Of a DNA stretch of 64,000 nucleotides, positions 38,601-49,400 are shown piece by piece. Every line of letters starts with the position of its first letter. Within the stretch, counting starts at the first letter, position 1. This stretch comes from a virus (Duplodnaviria; Heunggongvirae; Uroviricota; Caudoviricetes): the IMG/VR virus record IMGVR_UViG_3300020451_002055. One strand, written 5' to 3'. The notes under the pieces were generated by a model. The model saw only the letters and a program-made list of their open reading frames with translations, did not search any database and had not been told where the DNA came from. A program made the translations under genes and the position numbers.

Positions 38601-38841
38601 TTTCGCCTGGCTCAAGAACAACGCCGCTATCGATTGAGATATCAGGATGATCTGATCTTGTAATAGTAAACTGAGCAGTTTCAGTCTCAGTTCCTACATT
38701 TTTTACATGAAAACTACCCGTTGTTTGTCCTAAAGAGATTTGAGCCGGGTCAAACTCAACAACTCCCGTATTAGCTATAACCGCGTCCTCGATTCCAAAA
38801 GCGAATGGGACTACATTGTCTACTGCAAATGGCTTTGCCAT
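32638..38841 (-). CDS. large putative virion/receptor-binding protein with glycoside-hydrolase-like domains (including GH56-like) and C-terminal beta-propeller
   Basis: LGLYP, YSGMVLVDY, RSFYEATVRGLRKAIPNAKIGF, NNELSWLW..VD.L.P; FN3-like segment; VGG.GG/VATDEG propeller repeats. Confidence 0.75.
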   Translation of the reverse strand: MAKPFAVDNVVPFAFGIEDAVIANTGVVEFDPAQISLGQTTGSFHVKNVGTETETAQFTITRSDHPDISIDSGVVLEPGEIQEVTVTFPQGSFEYLTADIRMSSGNQTLDFAVWQPNGQLGDTSNDKFYVDEQSDRIDIRTNDANDALVMRIFTDDTISDFEAVFRGTLTGVRCEITYDIVKEDGFWGLNVKHRVYNPTASTVEIMDINAHNDWLSLTAGNEFTTEVQEHVYRTITTEVTGTTQTAQNGGTGGTGIFLNQAVYPNNLQVPAFIFQHRGADNGSLGYDIKYSEAWVVHKEVFREEDTKRLRFVHGRSTGGGAAGVTGWRKILKWEDSPTLTGSVTGPQEGSFGDTYELEPGEEYTFTLLLRFDTVNDEVTGDFSWIDKYRRIVRAFAGDIKYNPNFDGRLNLSGSFGGQPGYNDNVASTIADGDGWRFVDTVPSVDALFDSGVDTSQIAFATLNEGEALKVRVAAAQAHPPSATHLYLQVFDGDEFFANPESNTWYVDTENDRMYVNFGSSLDISTFTNFSILDDTNPWFFVASFPERVGGWGNFIENSIETARNERDWNNFIIRRITGEPWRHIGMSPAAFADAANPNYFPVSAATINEMLDYLEDNPDVKFSGWWGRSTRMTEDFYTTDAEQIYHDNGEESRIREARELDALVEWGWEGCGFDAFPDQSYGRSYPRIQYLREAYGPDFYMAEEPDSCDVMATWTQQWVVETKIFSGAENNEPIGTLDMLKFIVPRCEVVGQTRAGNYGNTSVTEDSIAWLYQNGFRPEIYANSQTASNQLDYQPNRPTTVQSFFFVQGDTTTSVNWNEDANGYTDEFLVEVSRNSSFTDMIARSIVDDSETSFSFLNSEINATGDFLYARITPSNDSYVGDSTTAFLYIPPDGDDDDGSGDGDGPLVNLASSRSPVRRPVTSNRIEDNSLFGLYPKSLADTISYERRDISFDAFILSLTELGLYPTAGPHQMLADETWIDRHEIQVYADTLRKVKNREYSGMVLVDYRGRWHPHFDYSAYESSDGYFTDEDFDDSICTSGKLFYEDKNYREDFYNYLYCSDPSTVNALDPETELEPYMKEQWNAISRSFYEATVRGLRKAIPNAKIGFINLPSAIYKDSNLVSPAPGVVGYGNRFDELMGDTYNIGQRINNELSWLWEIVDVLPPAIKPLRFSVSDGATPQNGIENTLDTNATYISSNVLEAHRLQTLYGVSYVVPVFNHLYASLPPYTRQPLSESNFRQQLQLPFAAGANAIALAYNGQTDPDGAIQSDYKNEIPTYLPKSSGRGFAGGSRNRAMGGLSSTGQDLRPLSVAPIQADELEEFMPLQLTSTAAGPLGGIDRRPVRLYVLWEDSFLSSTGAVNGFASWWEAAEGVSNLIDRMQADYNKGFRRFMFYMPAGNQINNSGYYSPNQWGPIISSRQTEIETILADWIANRLEAIEVSVMGGIRFEPDLTKLDTHEIDYDNAVPYDLADNSLHRNYFEQNWQPWLDAGASSIALHNACADDVLNFYLELAINQSLANNKIYGSCLPLSAAEEIDESLITFSPWIVRYNEFLDLQGSASFEFDPESTEVGVMLTPQMAFSAEDVESMQAQGLVIYAAEGTVADDVLFSDRADAIANQEVEFVQVQGAGTDPIDGFGVPRYNPVNTAIDGADADPPYSEFALVAVANSVNGIVVISSPLTKRDVLTLDITNPTFDNTSLPHATIEDTFEWVNSGLPSHLAQTRDSNVVQMGLNMTRTNESAMAMVPPYQAKYILPCSSDVYDVFNSTVDFEVLADFGRRNFSLPYATAVVYIEELGQVWVGGPGGVLSIDSDTYEIDEVVLDRRRDLQIKDMFVRNSKVYILDQTALYIYDLNENTVSRDPGLGWTSEVFEFINFFNTNLAVGGEDGIYARRELDDQWTLVQETSSNVDSMIAPDAGFAIADSEVFYTTDGFTWTSIGTANRSINGLVKYRNRIYVATDEGIYEDGGFFYAERVSLRLIDVFNDAEESRDIVANDIDASQLQVVAGLDDGRLVTINDFGFTISDSELDTIHKVIIVEDDVWMFSYNSFKIKSQTQLRRLVSGQRL

Positions 38842-38893
38842 CTAGATACCCTTTATCCAGAAGTTACTATACCTGAATCATCGACCAAAACGG

Positions 38894-41800
38894 TTATCCG
38901 CTTGCCGATCCGCCTCCACCCCCGAGACCGCCTCCGTCTCCGCCAGAGCCGTCACCCTCTCCATCGGAACCATCGCCTGGAGCAACTCCCCCATTGGTGT
39001 CTTCCGAGGAGGACGGGCCATCAAGATCAGCATCTTCAAGGGACGAGTTGTTAGAGTAGGTTCCAAAGTCCTCAAGGCCCAAATTCTGATAGCTGTCATC
39101 AGAAGATAGCAAGAGAACTCTGAAAGCTGGTATCGCAAATGGGACTATCACTTCATCATTACCATCAAGTTCAGTAACAACCCTTGCTTCAGGGTAAATT
39201 TGAGACAAGAATCTATCGATGCTGTTTAGGAAAATGACAACATTCGACTTGGTAAAGCCAGCTAGGACAGGATTATCGTCGTCCTCTCCGGTGTCAACTA
39301 GGGCAGTTGCTATATTGATCAGATTCGTTCTTGCGATATCCGCTCCTGCCTTATGAGCATTTCTGTCATTGTAGACTGGCAAAGATAGCTCGCTGATCGC
39401 CTGAGCAGGCCTTTCAGCAACGCTCCAATCGTTTGCCGCAAAGCCATTGACAAAAAGTTGAACGCCAGATATGAAGTTGGCATCTGCCCATCCTCCGTTC
39501 TGCGTCTGATACTTTTGATACTGATTTGCTATAGTAACGACAGCATCGACTCGCTGTTTTTCATCAAAGCAAACAAACTTACGCAGGTCTCTTGTTGCCG
39601 TAGTATATCTAAAGCCTATTCGCTGCTCGACGCCATTGACATATATGGTCGGAACAATATCAGATCTACGCTCCCATTGCAAACTCATAGAGCCCGGATT
39701 TGGAGCAAGGTAAAGCTGCTCCTCTGTTCCGACAAACATCTTGTCATCAATGATATTCATGGAACTTGGAGGCGGAGTATAGTTGCCGATGTTCATCTGA
39801 GGAAACGCTATTTCAAAGTTGAACTCTTCATCGTTTACAATGTCAGTACCCGGGACAGTAACAAGAAGACCCTTATCAGTCGTGACAAATATTCTGTCTC
39901 GCCAAATAACGAGCTTTCTCATAAGGTCTACGTCTCTTAGGATAGCGACTCGCTGAAACTCTTCTTCTCCTGGCCTTCTTCGCCATACTATGAACTGAGT
40001 GATACAGAATAGGACATCTCCATAGAACTTGAACTGGAAAATAGGTCTTTGATCAGGCATCTCATCGCTAAAGTCCCAACGGAAACCAGCATTGTCGGTT
40101 TCAAAAATACCAAGCTCATTGCTGACAATGATGCGATCTCGAACATGATCATAGACTGTATCGTAAGATTCAGTTGAGTCGGGACCAAAGATCGGAGTCT
40201 GTTCCCAGAAGTAGAAGTCTCGACCGATATCTCTTACTAGCTTGAAAACGCCAAGGTCCGAGGTGCAGAATATGTCTCCCTCAGGAGTCTCCGATATGCC
40301 CCTAGTTACCTTGGAGTTCTCCATCCCCCTTACTTCTCGCCAAACGCTGAAGCCGCCTTGTTCGCCGCCGCGAGAAGCGAATACGCCTCTATTGGTCAAG
40401 GCAAAATATAGGTTGACGCTTCGAGAATAGTAAAACTCAATAACCGGCGTTACAAGGCTAAGCTGCCTTTCCCAACTGGCTCCGAAGTCCGTACTTGTGT
40501 AGATGCCGTCACTACTGCTACCAACAAGAACGTCGCCCTCGGATGTTTCTGCTAGTATGATATCATACCATGTAATAGCATCTCCGATGATTGCATCTTC
40601 TGCAATGGGAGCAAAACGATAACCATCGTCAACTGCAATAGTGTTGATCTGAACAGGAATCAAAGGCTCTTTGATCCGACCTTCGTGTCCAAGATCGGGC
40701 AACTGCCTTTCCTCGACAAGCCCGATTGTTACCTGATTAGCAGAAGCGTCTTCAAGCCTTTCTTGAGGAAGAGAGCCCTGAGTCTCCGTAAGACCTTGGA
40801 AGACTACAACAAGTTCAGGAGGGTCTTCAAATGGAAAATCTTCGTCATCGTCTCTTAGGAACTCAGCCGGAGCCAGTCTTTGCTCAAAGGTGATTCTCCC
40901 AAGTTCTCTATCGAGGTTGAACAGCAAGTTGAACTCTGCCGCCAACTGACCATTCAGATAGACCTCAAATGCAAAAGTATCAGACAGATCAGCAGTTGTA
41001 GTGTAGTTCTGGAAGTCTTGAGTAATCCAGTCATCAACTCGAATAGTATCTCCCAAGTTGATTCGACGGTCATCAATACGAGTAAAGAACTCGTGCTTAT
41101 GCTCTGCAATAAGTTCTTGGGCCTTCTCTCGGATAGGGTCTTCAAGATCTTGTATTTCTCTGACCGCGGACTGATCGATAGTCATGACGCCGTTCGATGT
41201 CTCGACGGTGCCCAAGAACAACGCGCTGGTAACGGCGATGTCAGACTCGGTTATGAACAAATCGGCCTCGTTGCGGAACTTGCGAACGATGTAGTAGTAG
41301 GTGCCTGCAAACTTCAAAGCCTCGGGATCATTGTAGGCCGTTTGAGATGGAGTCGTTGTTCCGATCAACTCGAACTCATAGGTGTTATTGATTGAGCGGA
41401 ATATCTCATAGCCATCAAACTGACCTGCTGTTGGATCCCAAATGAGATCAATACCAGTGCCCAAGCCGTCCAACTGTGCGACAAGATTAGTAGGAGTTCC
41501 GAGTTCTCCGGATACAGTAGGAGTAAGCAAAGTCAAGTTATAGTCGAAGAACTCATCATCGATCGGATTGAGCGATTCTCTGCCGTAAAGGTCGATCGTT
41601 GTAACGAAGTAGGCATATGTTGTGCCATTGCTTACATCGTAGTCAGTATATGAAAATGTCGTGCTATCAACAGACTCTACCCGGGTAAAATCTGAAGCAT
41701 TGTATACAACTTGCTGTTCAGCCCTATAGATACGATACCCTCTAGCTATCAAGCTGTTGGGTTGATTCCATGAGATAGTAACCTCAGCATCATTCGCCAC

Positions 41801-43462
41801 TCCGAGAATCTGATTGGGAGCTTGAGGCCTAGGAAGATTACTCAAGTCGGGAATATCAAAGGTCACTTCTCGATCAACACTCTCATTGCCGAACTCATCA
41901 ACGGATCGGACCGAGAATCTAAAAGTAGAGTTAGCCGCAACAAGGTCTTGAGTTACAATGTAGCTTTGCGATCTGCCAACAGCAACATCTTCTGCTATTA
42001 CGAGAGAATTGCTTGGGTCGGAGTTGTCCTCTCTGACTAGGTTGACAACATTGTTGGTAAAGATAGAAGTCGAGTTGAACCAACTGAACTCGATAGTCTG
42101 ATCAGGACGCTGCTCTGCCCTTAGCCTTGACGGAGGTCTCGGCGATTCGTAAGTTCTTGTTCTATGGCGAGCGATACGACCAATGCTAGGATTGCCATCT
42201 GCATCGATAGCTCTGACGGTTACGAAGTATACCGTTCTGGTTCTGATGCTTCTATTGCGAGTTACTCCGTCGTCATCAATGTACGAGTATATCTTGAAAT
42301 CGCGAAAGTTCTCATTTGGTTCTCGAATCCAAACAGAGGTAATGATGTCGCTGTTCTCGGAATCAACCTCTTCGATGCGGATTTCATGAGCAATCGGAGG
42401 GTTTGGATCGTAAGGCTCGATGAACGGATCCCACTCAACGGCAAGGATCGTGTCGGATACGAAGCCATCGCTCTCCTTATCGAATAGCCTTAGTCCGACA
42501 ACATCTCTTGGTCCGGTGAAGAACTCAGGCGTGGCATAGAGAGTAACGCCCGAAGATTCAACTCCATTATCCCCTACGGATACAAGACGTACCTGATACT
42601 TCTGGCTGTTTTCAAGATCAAGAATAGACGTATATACAAGATTGCCTGCGACATCGTAAACCTCGGTATCGCCAGTAGCCTGATTCTCCAAGTTAACAGG
42701 AGTTACATATGCTCGATAAAACTCGATATCTCCGAACGCCGCTGGCCGCCAGAGCAGATGGATGGCGTTTGTAGCTGGCGTGATCGAGACATTGATTGGA
42801 TCAGTGGGAGGGGTTGTATCTAGATCTGTTGTTACGGATAGCGTAGATGTCTGAGAACTCTCATTGCCGGTAAAGTCTACGGCGCTGATGCGATAGTAAT
42901 ATGTGGTATCGTCATCGAGATCGCTATCCAGGTAACTCGTCTCTGAAGTTGATTCCAAAAGCTCAAATTCTATGTTGTCTTCGCTTTTGTAGAGATTGAA
43001 CTCTTTGAAATCAAAGTCAGAAGTATTCTCATCCCATTCCAGAAGAATAGAGGATACAGATGTTTGAGCCGCTGCAAAGTTGCTAGGAATTGCCGGATCG
43101 GTAACATCGATATGTTCGTAAGTGGCTATGTTAGAAAAGGCTCCAGCCTGCCCGATAACGCCGGGACGCCTCTTCATCCATACATAGACGAAGTTGTTAT
43201 CGAGCAAGGATCGGCTGTAGTCACCGAAGGTTCTGATGATATTTCGATCAATGACTCCCATTCCTGCGCTGACGTTTATTGACAGGCTCGATGGGCTAGG
43301 TTGCGTTATCACCCATCCATTGACCCGGCCCGGACCAATGATGTCCGAGAGGAATGCCATATGCTGATCAATAGACGTAAAACGGGCCTTATCGACAGTA
43401 GCCGAATAGTAATCGCCAGACACGAATGCCTGAAAACCAAAATGGGGCGTCCTAGTAGGCAT
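38894..43462 (-). CDS. putative tail-fibre/virion protein with tandem FN3 domains and BNR-like beta-propeller
   Basis: N-terminal TPHFGF..F..G...D..RF..ID and SINVSAG resemble tail-fibre anchors; YYYRISAVDFTGNES-type FN3 repeats; STDFGASW BNR motif; Gly/Asp C-terminal tail. Confidence 0.8.
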   Translation of the reverse strand: MPTRTPHFGFQAFVSGDYYSATVDKARFTSIDQHMAFLSDIIGPGRVNGWVITQPSPSSLSINVSAGMGVIDRNIIRTFGDYSRSLLDNNFVYVWMKRRPGVIGQAGAFSNIATYEHIDVTDPAIPSNFAAAQTSVSSILLEWDENTSDFDFKEFNLYKSEDNIEFELLESTSETSYLDSDLDDDTTYYYRISAVDFTGNESSQTSTLSVTTDLDTTPPTDPINVSITPATNAIHLLWRPAAFGDIEFYRAYVTPVNLENQATGDTEVYDVAGNLVYTSILDLENSQKYQVRLVSVGDNGVESSGVTLYATPEFFTGPRDVVGLRLFDKESDGFVSDTILAVEWDPFIEPYDPNPPIAHEIRIEEVDSENSDIITSVWIREPNENFRDFKIYSYIDDDGVTRNRSIRTRTVYFVTVRAIDADGNPSIGRIARHRTRTYESPRPPSRLRAEQRPDQTIEFSWFNSTSIFTNNVVNLVREDNSDPSNSLVIAEDVAVGRSQSYIVTQDLVAANSTFRFSVRSVDEFGNESVDREVTFDIPDLSNLPRPQAPNQILGVANDAEVTISWNQPNSLIARGYRIYRAEQQVVYNASDFTRVESVDSTTFSYTDYDVSNGTTYAYFVTTIDLYGRESLNPIDDEFFDYNLTLLTPTVSGELGTPTNLVAQLDGLGTGIDLIWDPTAGQFDGYEIFRSINNTYEFELIGTTTPSQTAYNDPEALKFAGTYYYIVRKFRNEADLFITESDIAVTSALFLGTVETSNGVMTIDQSAVREIQDLEDPIREKAQELIAEHKHEFFTRIDDRRINLGDTIRVDDWITQDFQNYTTTADLSDTFAFEVYLNGQLAAEFNLLFNLDRELGRITFEQRLAPAEFLRDDDEDFPFEDPPELVVVFQGLTETQGSLPQERLEDASANQVTIGLVEERQLPDLGHEGRIKEPLIPVQINTIAVDDGYRFAPIAEDAIIGDAITWYDIILAETSEGDVLVGSSSDGIYTSTDFGASWERQLSLVTPVIEFYYSRSVNLYFALTNRGVFASRGGEQGGFSVWREVRGMENSKVTRGISETPEGDIFCTSDLGVFKLVRDIGRDFYFWEQTPIFGPDSTESYDTVYDHVRDRIIVSNELGIFETDNAGFRWDFSDEMPDQRPIFQFKFYGDVLFCITQFIVWRRRPGEEEFQRVAILRDVDLMRKLVIWRDRIFVTTDKGLLVTVPGTDIVNDEEFNFEIAFPQMNIGNYTPPPSSMNIIDDKMFVGTEEQLYLAPNPGSMSLQWERRSDIVPTIYVNGVEQRIGFRYTTATRDLRKFVCFDEKQRVDAVVTIANQYQKYQTQNGGWADANFISGVQLFVNGFAANDWSVAERPAQAISELSLPVYNDRNAHKAGADIARTNLINIATALVDTGEDDDNPVLAGFTKSNVVIFLNSIDRFLSQIYPEARVVTELDGNDEVIVPFAIPAFRVLLLSSDDSYQNLGLEDFGTYSNNSSLEDADLDGPSSSEDTNGGVAPGDGSDGEGDGSGGDGGGLGGGGGSASG

Positions 43463-43465
43463 ATC

Positions 43466-46400
43466 TTATGACGACGGCGTTGAGCCGCGAAGCGTTATAA
43501 ACTGATTACCCTCAAGCTCTAGCATGACAGAGAAGTTCTTTACTACTGGAACATCGACATATTCGCCGCAATAGATCGATGTATCAATGTCTCTGGCTCG
43601 GAAGGTAAACGAGTTACTTGCGTTGACAAACTCTGTTCCGTCGAATGCGTCAATCGAGAGATAGTAGGTTGTTCTAGGCTCAAAGATAGACAGATCAGGT
43701 CTGTAGGTCAAGTCTCGGATGCCTCCTGCCGGTATAGTTAGGCCATCTGACGGAAGAGCGCCTCCGGTTCCAACAAACCATCCGGTCGAATCATTGCCGC
43801 TGTATGCAGTATTGAGAAGCTCAGTTCTTTCCGGGTTTGCATAGAAGCGAATACGGAACTGGTAGTCCTTGCTCGTAGCCGTCTCGTTCTGGAAGTCGAA
43901 GTCGATCTCATCAACGAACGTTGTACCGCAAGCCTCAATGAAGGAGCGATCAGAAAAGAGGACAGTGAAGTTATCATCGACATCGACCGCCTCAACAGTA
44001 ACGTAGTAGTAGCTGTTGCAAGCAATAGGCGTATCGCCGACAGGAACGAACGAGATACTAGCTGACTCTCCATTCTCAAGAGCAACGCCCTCAGAAAGCA
44101 GAAGCTCTCCATCAGCCGACCATCCAGCGGTCGAATTGGCAGAGTAGGCCTGATACGCAAGATTCTCTCTAGCGAAATCCTCGTAGAAGGATATGCGGAA
44201 GTGGTAAAGGCTCTCGTTGTCCGTATTCGTATAGTCGAACTCAACAGCATTGAAGAACAACAACGAGTTGTATGGGCCATACTCGCCGAAGTCTTCAGCT
44301 ATGGTCTCGCCTCTAGATGGGGTGATGAGACGGATACCGACCCTCAAGTTGCTTCCTACTTGCTCGTTGTTTGAGGTAAATACTCGGTTCTCATCGATGA
44401 TCTGATACTCAGCAAAATCAACAGAGTTGTTGAGGTTGAATCCGAAGATGACATCTGCAGCAACAGGTATCATCTTGGTTGATGTCAGAATGCCGCTCTT
44501 GACTCTGCTTGGCAGCAAGAAGTTAGTCGTGAAGAAATGAGTAGACTCAGAAGCAATGCTGCGGACGATGACCGATCTCAGCGATGGGCTAAGGTCTCGT
44601 ATCTCGCTCGTCATCGTAATGCGGAACTGTAGATACTGCCCGTTGATGAACGATATGTCTCCGGTCTGAGCCGTTCCATCAAAGCTGATTTCGAACTCAG
44701 AATCAAGCAGGTCATCTCGGCTGTCTCCGGTTCTAACCTCGACAAGCATCGAGGTTCCGGTTGGTATCGTTGCATCCCAGTCGATGCGATCCCATGAGAT
44801 AAGACCGTTCGTTCCGTTGAATATCTCGCTAAAGTAAACGCCGACTTCTTCGTCAACTCTATCCGCGGAATAGAATCGATCATCGCCGTCAACGGTGTTG
44901 ACTGTATCGCCGAACTCATCTACTTCCAAAATGCGGTTGCTATTCGTGAAGCCAACGAGGTCTTCTAGCGTTATCGTTGCAAACAAGTTCGGATCAAGAA
45001 CAGTTTGAGCATCATCAGTAAAGAGGTTCGTCTCGTTACCTGCTCGGTCAATAAGCTTGAGGTAGACTCTTCTAATGATGTCCTCGTCAGCGATTCGCTG
45101 TATCGAGGAATCAGAGATAAACCAAACCTCGCCTTCTGCTCCTCCGACGATATCTCTGATATCCTCATCATGAGTATACTGCGAGTTCCAGACGTTCTGC
45201 AAGGCATAGAGCGTTCTGCCGATGGAGGCGTATAGCGTATCGTCGATGCTTTCCATACTCCAAACAGGAGCATTGACAGTTCTGAAGGATGAGATGAACG
45301 GACCATCCGGAAGCGTGCTTCTACGGATAAGAGCGGTCGATCCCGATCCGGTCAGAACAAGCTTCTTACCATTGACCTCAGCGAAACCTACGCTAACAAC
45401 CTGAGGATCGGAGTCCGTGCTAAGAATCTGCGAGGTACTGTTTTTCGGATCAAGCCTGTAAACTCGACCTTGATCGCCCGTGCCTGCATATAGTTCGCCC
45501 TCTGCGGCTACGAGATCGAAAATCGAGCTACTGATCTGAGTAAACTCGGTCTCGAAGTTCTGTCCGTCGTAAGAGTAAAGCTGCCCTTCAACTCCGCCGC
45601 CGCCGATGTAAAGCTTGTTGTTGAGTATCTCAGCGCAATATGCAAACGGCTGAGAAATCGTGGCAGCAACGATGTAGTCATCTCCATTGAGCGTTAGATA
45701 CACCTTACCGCTTTGGCCTGCAGTTGGGTTGCCGGTTCCTATGACAATGCGATCTTGGAACTGAATCAAAAACTCAACAGTGCTGTTTGGATCGCCATCT
45801 TCAAGAATGGCCCTTCTCTCAAACGTCTGATTCTCATTGCTATAGATATAGACCTGAGCAGGATTTGAAGTCGCTGCAACCATAACCGGGTCTTCTCCGG
45901 ACTTCTGCCAAAGCATCAATCTACGACCGACGCCCTCTTCGAATGTAAACTGAGTGCTGACATTCTCAAAGATGACTCCCAAGTCATGAGTATACTGAGT
46001 TTGGAATGGCAAGGATGGCTGAGGCGTGTCTCCGTCCGAAGTAAAGTTGGGGAAGTTGGAAACGACAAAACTATCAACGCCAGATGTAGCGTCGAATGGA
46101 AGATATTCATCTCCAGACTGAACTTGTCTAATGAAAGTCTGTATCGTGGTTCTTGTAAGCTGCTCTCCAAGTTCGATTCTGCCTACCGGAGGCTGAGTGT
46201 CAAGAGTGATGCGATCGAACGGTAGATCAGTAGTCTCGTCGTTGATCTGTATAGCATTAATGTCGCCGCCAGTCAGGGCGTAAATACCGCCGTTGGCTGA
46301 GAGCATCTTATTGACCTCTGTTACAAGAATGCCCTCCGCTACCTGAGCAGCCCTGTTCTGCTGGAAGCGGTTGAGTATTTCTACATCGAATCGAATGTTT

Positions 46401-49400
46401 ACCTGAACGATATCGCTGTTTCTTAGCGGATACTCGAATCGAAGTAGCTTCTTAGATGGAGAGAATCTGTAGCCTCTTGTTATCTTGTTGCCATTGAGTA
46501 TGATCTCATAGAGAACGTTATCAGGAATCTCAAGATCATCTACCCCTACAAGCTCAAAGGTCTGCAGATCATCATTGCGCTCCGTATCGACAGTTACAAG
46601 AGTAAAGTCGTTTGAACGGAATCTAGATATATCAATGGCGTCAGTTCCAAACGCTTCATCTCCAAAGTTTACCTGGTAAATATCATGTGTTGTTGCTATG
46701 AAGAGGATATTAGGATCTCTCCATATGATCGCCCTTGCATTGTTGAACCTTGGAATCAAAACATCCGCAGCGTCTTCTTGACGAAGAGATACCGGAGGGG
46801 CAACCGCAGAACCAAAGTCTAGACGCTCAATGCTGATGCCAGTCATCTTGTTGATACCGGCAGTAGTAGCTATATACCTGATAGCCGTGTTTCGGATCGC
46901 TATATCGATGATCTTATTCGAAGCAAGACCGTTCTTCTGAGTAAACGAAGTAATCGAGTTGCGGAAGAATCGTACAAGACCCTGATTAGTTCCGACCCAC
47001 GCAACATCATTGGCGTCTATACGGACTTTGTTGATTACATTACTTGGGAGGCCGTTGTCAATCGTAAACGTCTGCGCGGTTTGAACAGCAACAGGAGCAG
47101 CATTCTGCGTTGATCGGATGACTGCAAGAATCGGTCTGACATCGATGGTTGTCAATCCCGAATCGGAACCTACGATGAGAGTCCTATCGCTATCCATGTC
47201 AAGAGAGTTTGCTGATGTAGGGATAGAGTCGCCCGTCAACTTGACAAAGTAAGCATGATCCGTGCTGAGGTAAACTCCATCCTCAGCAGCTAGGTACATA
47301 TTTGAGGCTCTATCGAACGCTATATCTCTGATCTCAAGACCATTGATATTGAACTCATCTTGGTTGAAAGCAAATATCTCATCCCTTCTGCGATCAAAGA
47401 AGAACAGTCCCTTATCGGTTCCGAGCCATGCATCTCCGTAGTTATTGACAGCAGAACATAGGACATTGACTCTTGGTATATTAGCCGTAGCAGATGTAAC
47501 GAGGCCGATATTGAATGGCCCAACCGATCCATCAAGATTGTAACGGATTCGGTTGATGATCATCTTTGCGCCGAGATTATTCGAGAAATCGCCGAAGCGA
47601 AGTTCTTTGCGGAACTCGACGCCGCTCACCTCTAGGTCTCGCTGATCTGTAATGTATGGATCAGGATTGATGTCGTACTGCGGCTCCCAAGTCTTATCAA
47701 AGACAGCATCTCGAATGCTTGTGAACTGTCGCGCATTTGATAGGCTCTGATTATAAGCTGCTGCAAACTCTGTCTCGTAAAGGATATGCATATTGCCCAA
47801 GGAATCAGGAGCGATAACCGGACGACGAGATTGACGCTTGTCGCTTTCGAATATCTCAACATCAAAGCCCCCTCGGGAAGTGCCGATCAGAGAGTTGCTG
47901 CTCTCCCATTTGCGGAAGCTTGAATCATAGCGAGATATGAACACCTTGCTCGATATCTGCCCGAAGTTCGGATCGTCAAATGATTCAACATACGGGTCGT
48001 ATGGATCAAATGGATTGTTGAAAGACCTCTCGAACGCGCAGTAGAGGAAGTTGTCTGTAGGATCAGATGCAAGAGATGGGAACTTTGCGTCCTGATTACC
48101 TGTAGTTACCTGAACAACCGCATTGGCAAGATTGATACGGCCTGAGGTTCTTCTGCCGAAGATTTGCCATACGCCCTCGACTAGCTGTTGCCAAACATAG
48201 TGAATATTGCCCTTTGGATCTGAGTGAATATCAACATGGTCGGCTCTTGCTCCAGGCAAAGATACCTGAGTAGAAGAAGAACCCTGATGGCCGGTGTTCC
48301 ATCCAATTCGAGGAGTTCCGCCAAATACAACCGAAGTTCCATTGGCAACTCGGCGCTCCAATGCATCAAGTTGCTGCAGCGTATAAGGATATCCGGGGCC
48401 TTGATGGTAGCCAGATTTGACTATAGTATTACCATTCGAAAGACGCTCCGTCCAGGCAATGTAAGGTGTATTGCCTGCGACAAACAAAGCCGGACGACGG
48501 CTACCTGCCTGCCCGTTTGTAAGCTGCGTATCTCCCGTTCCAAATGCTCCCGAGTCCCAGTTACCTGTAGCCCCGTCCCTAAAGGCGTAGAATATCTCCG
48601 GCTCGCCGAGACGATAATCTTCCCATACAACATGGACGTTATTGCGGTTATCAGTTGCGACTCGTGGGCGCAAGGAATTCCCAATGTTAGAGCTTATTGC
48701 GAAAGGTTGCGACCACTCAGAGCCGCTTCTTTGAACGGCATAGATGTCAGTGTAATCGCTTCTCGAAGACTCAAAGACTACATATGCGTTGCCAAGAGTA
48801 TCTACAGCAATATCAGGATGAGCCGCGTCGAAGACCTCGGATACAATAGCCTCCGGATCGCTCCAACCAGCTTCAGTTGTATACTCGGCAAAGTAAACTT
48901 GCCTTCTGTTCGCATTGCCGGAATCATGCCAAACTACATATGTCTTACCAGACTCATAGTAGACTCTAGGCCTCGATGAATCGCCTTCGTTCGATGCAGT
49001 CTCAGTAAGAACGGACTCAGCAAGTACTCGGAAATCCCGATCAGTGGGAGTCTTGACATATATCTGAAGACCCTCTCCTTGCCCAGTTATGCGATATTGG
49101 TTACGAGTAGTTGCATCTACAGGATACGACTTGCCGGTTGACTTGACAATGATCTCTTGCGGCAAGAAGTAGATGTTCTCGTAATAAGTACCGTCGTTTA
49201 GATAAAGCCCGCAGCCTTCCGGCTCATCAATATCAGATGGACGATCGCTGTCCTCGATGTTTTCGATTCGAACATCGAAATCAACAGTCCAACCCTTGCT
49301 GTTGGAAACAGAATCAAACCATCCGGTTCCAGGCTTCCTATGCGAATAGAACCATTTGCCGCCTGCAGTCTTGGAATATGGGTTCGGGTCATAAGGATCA

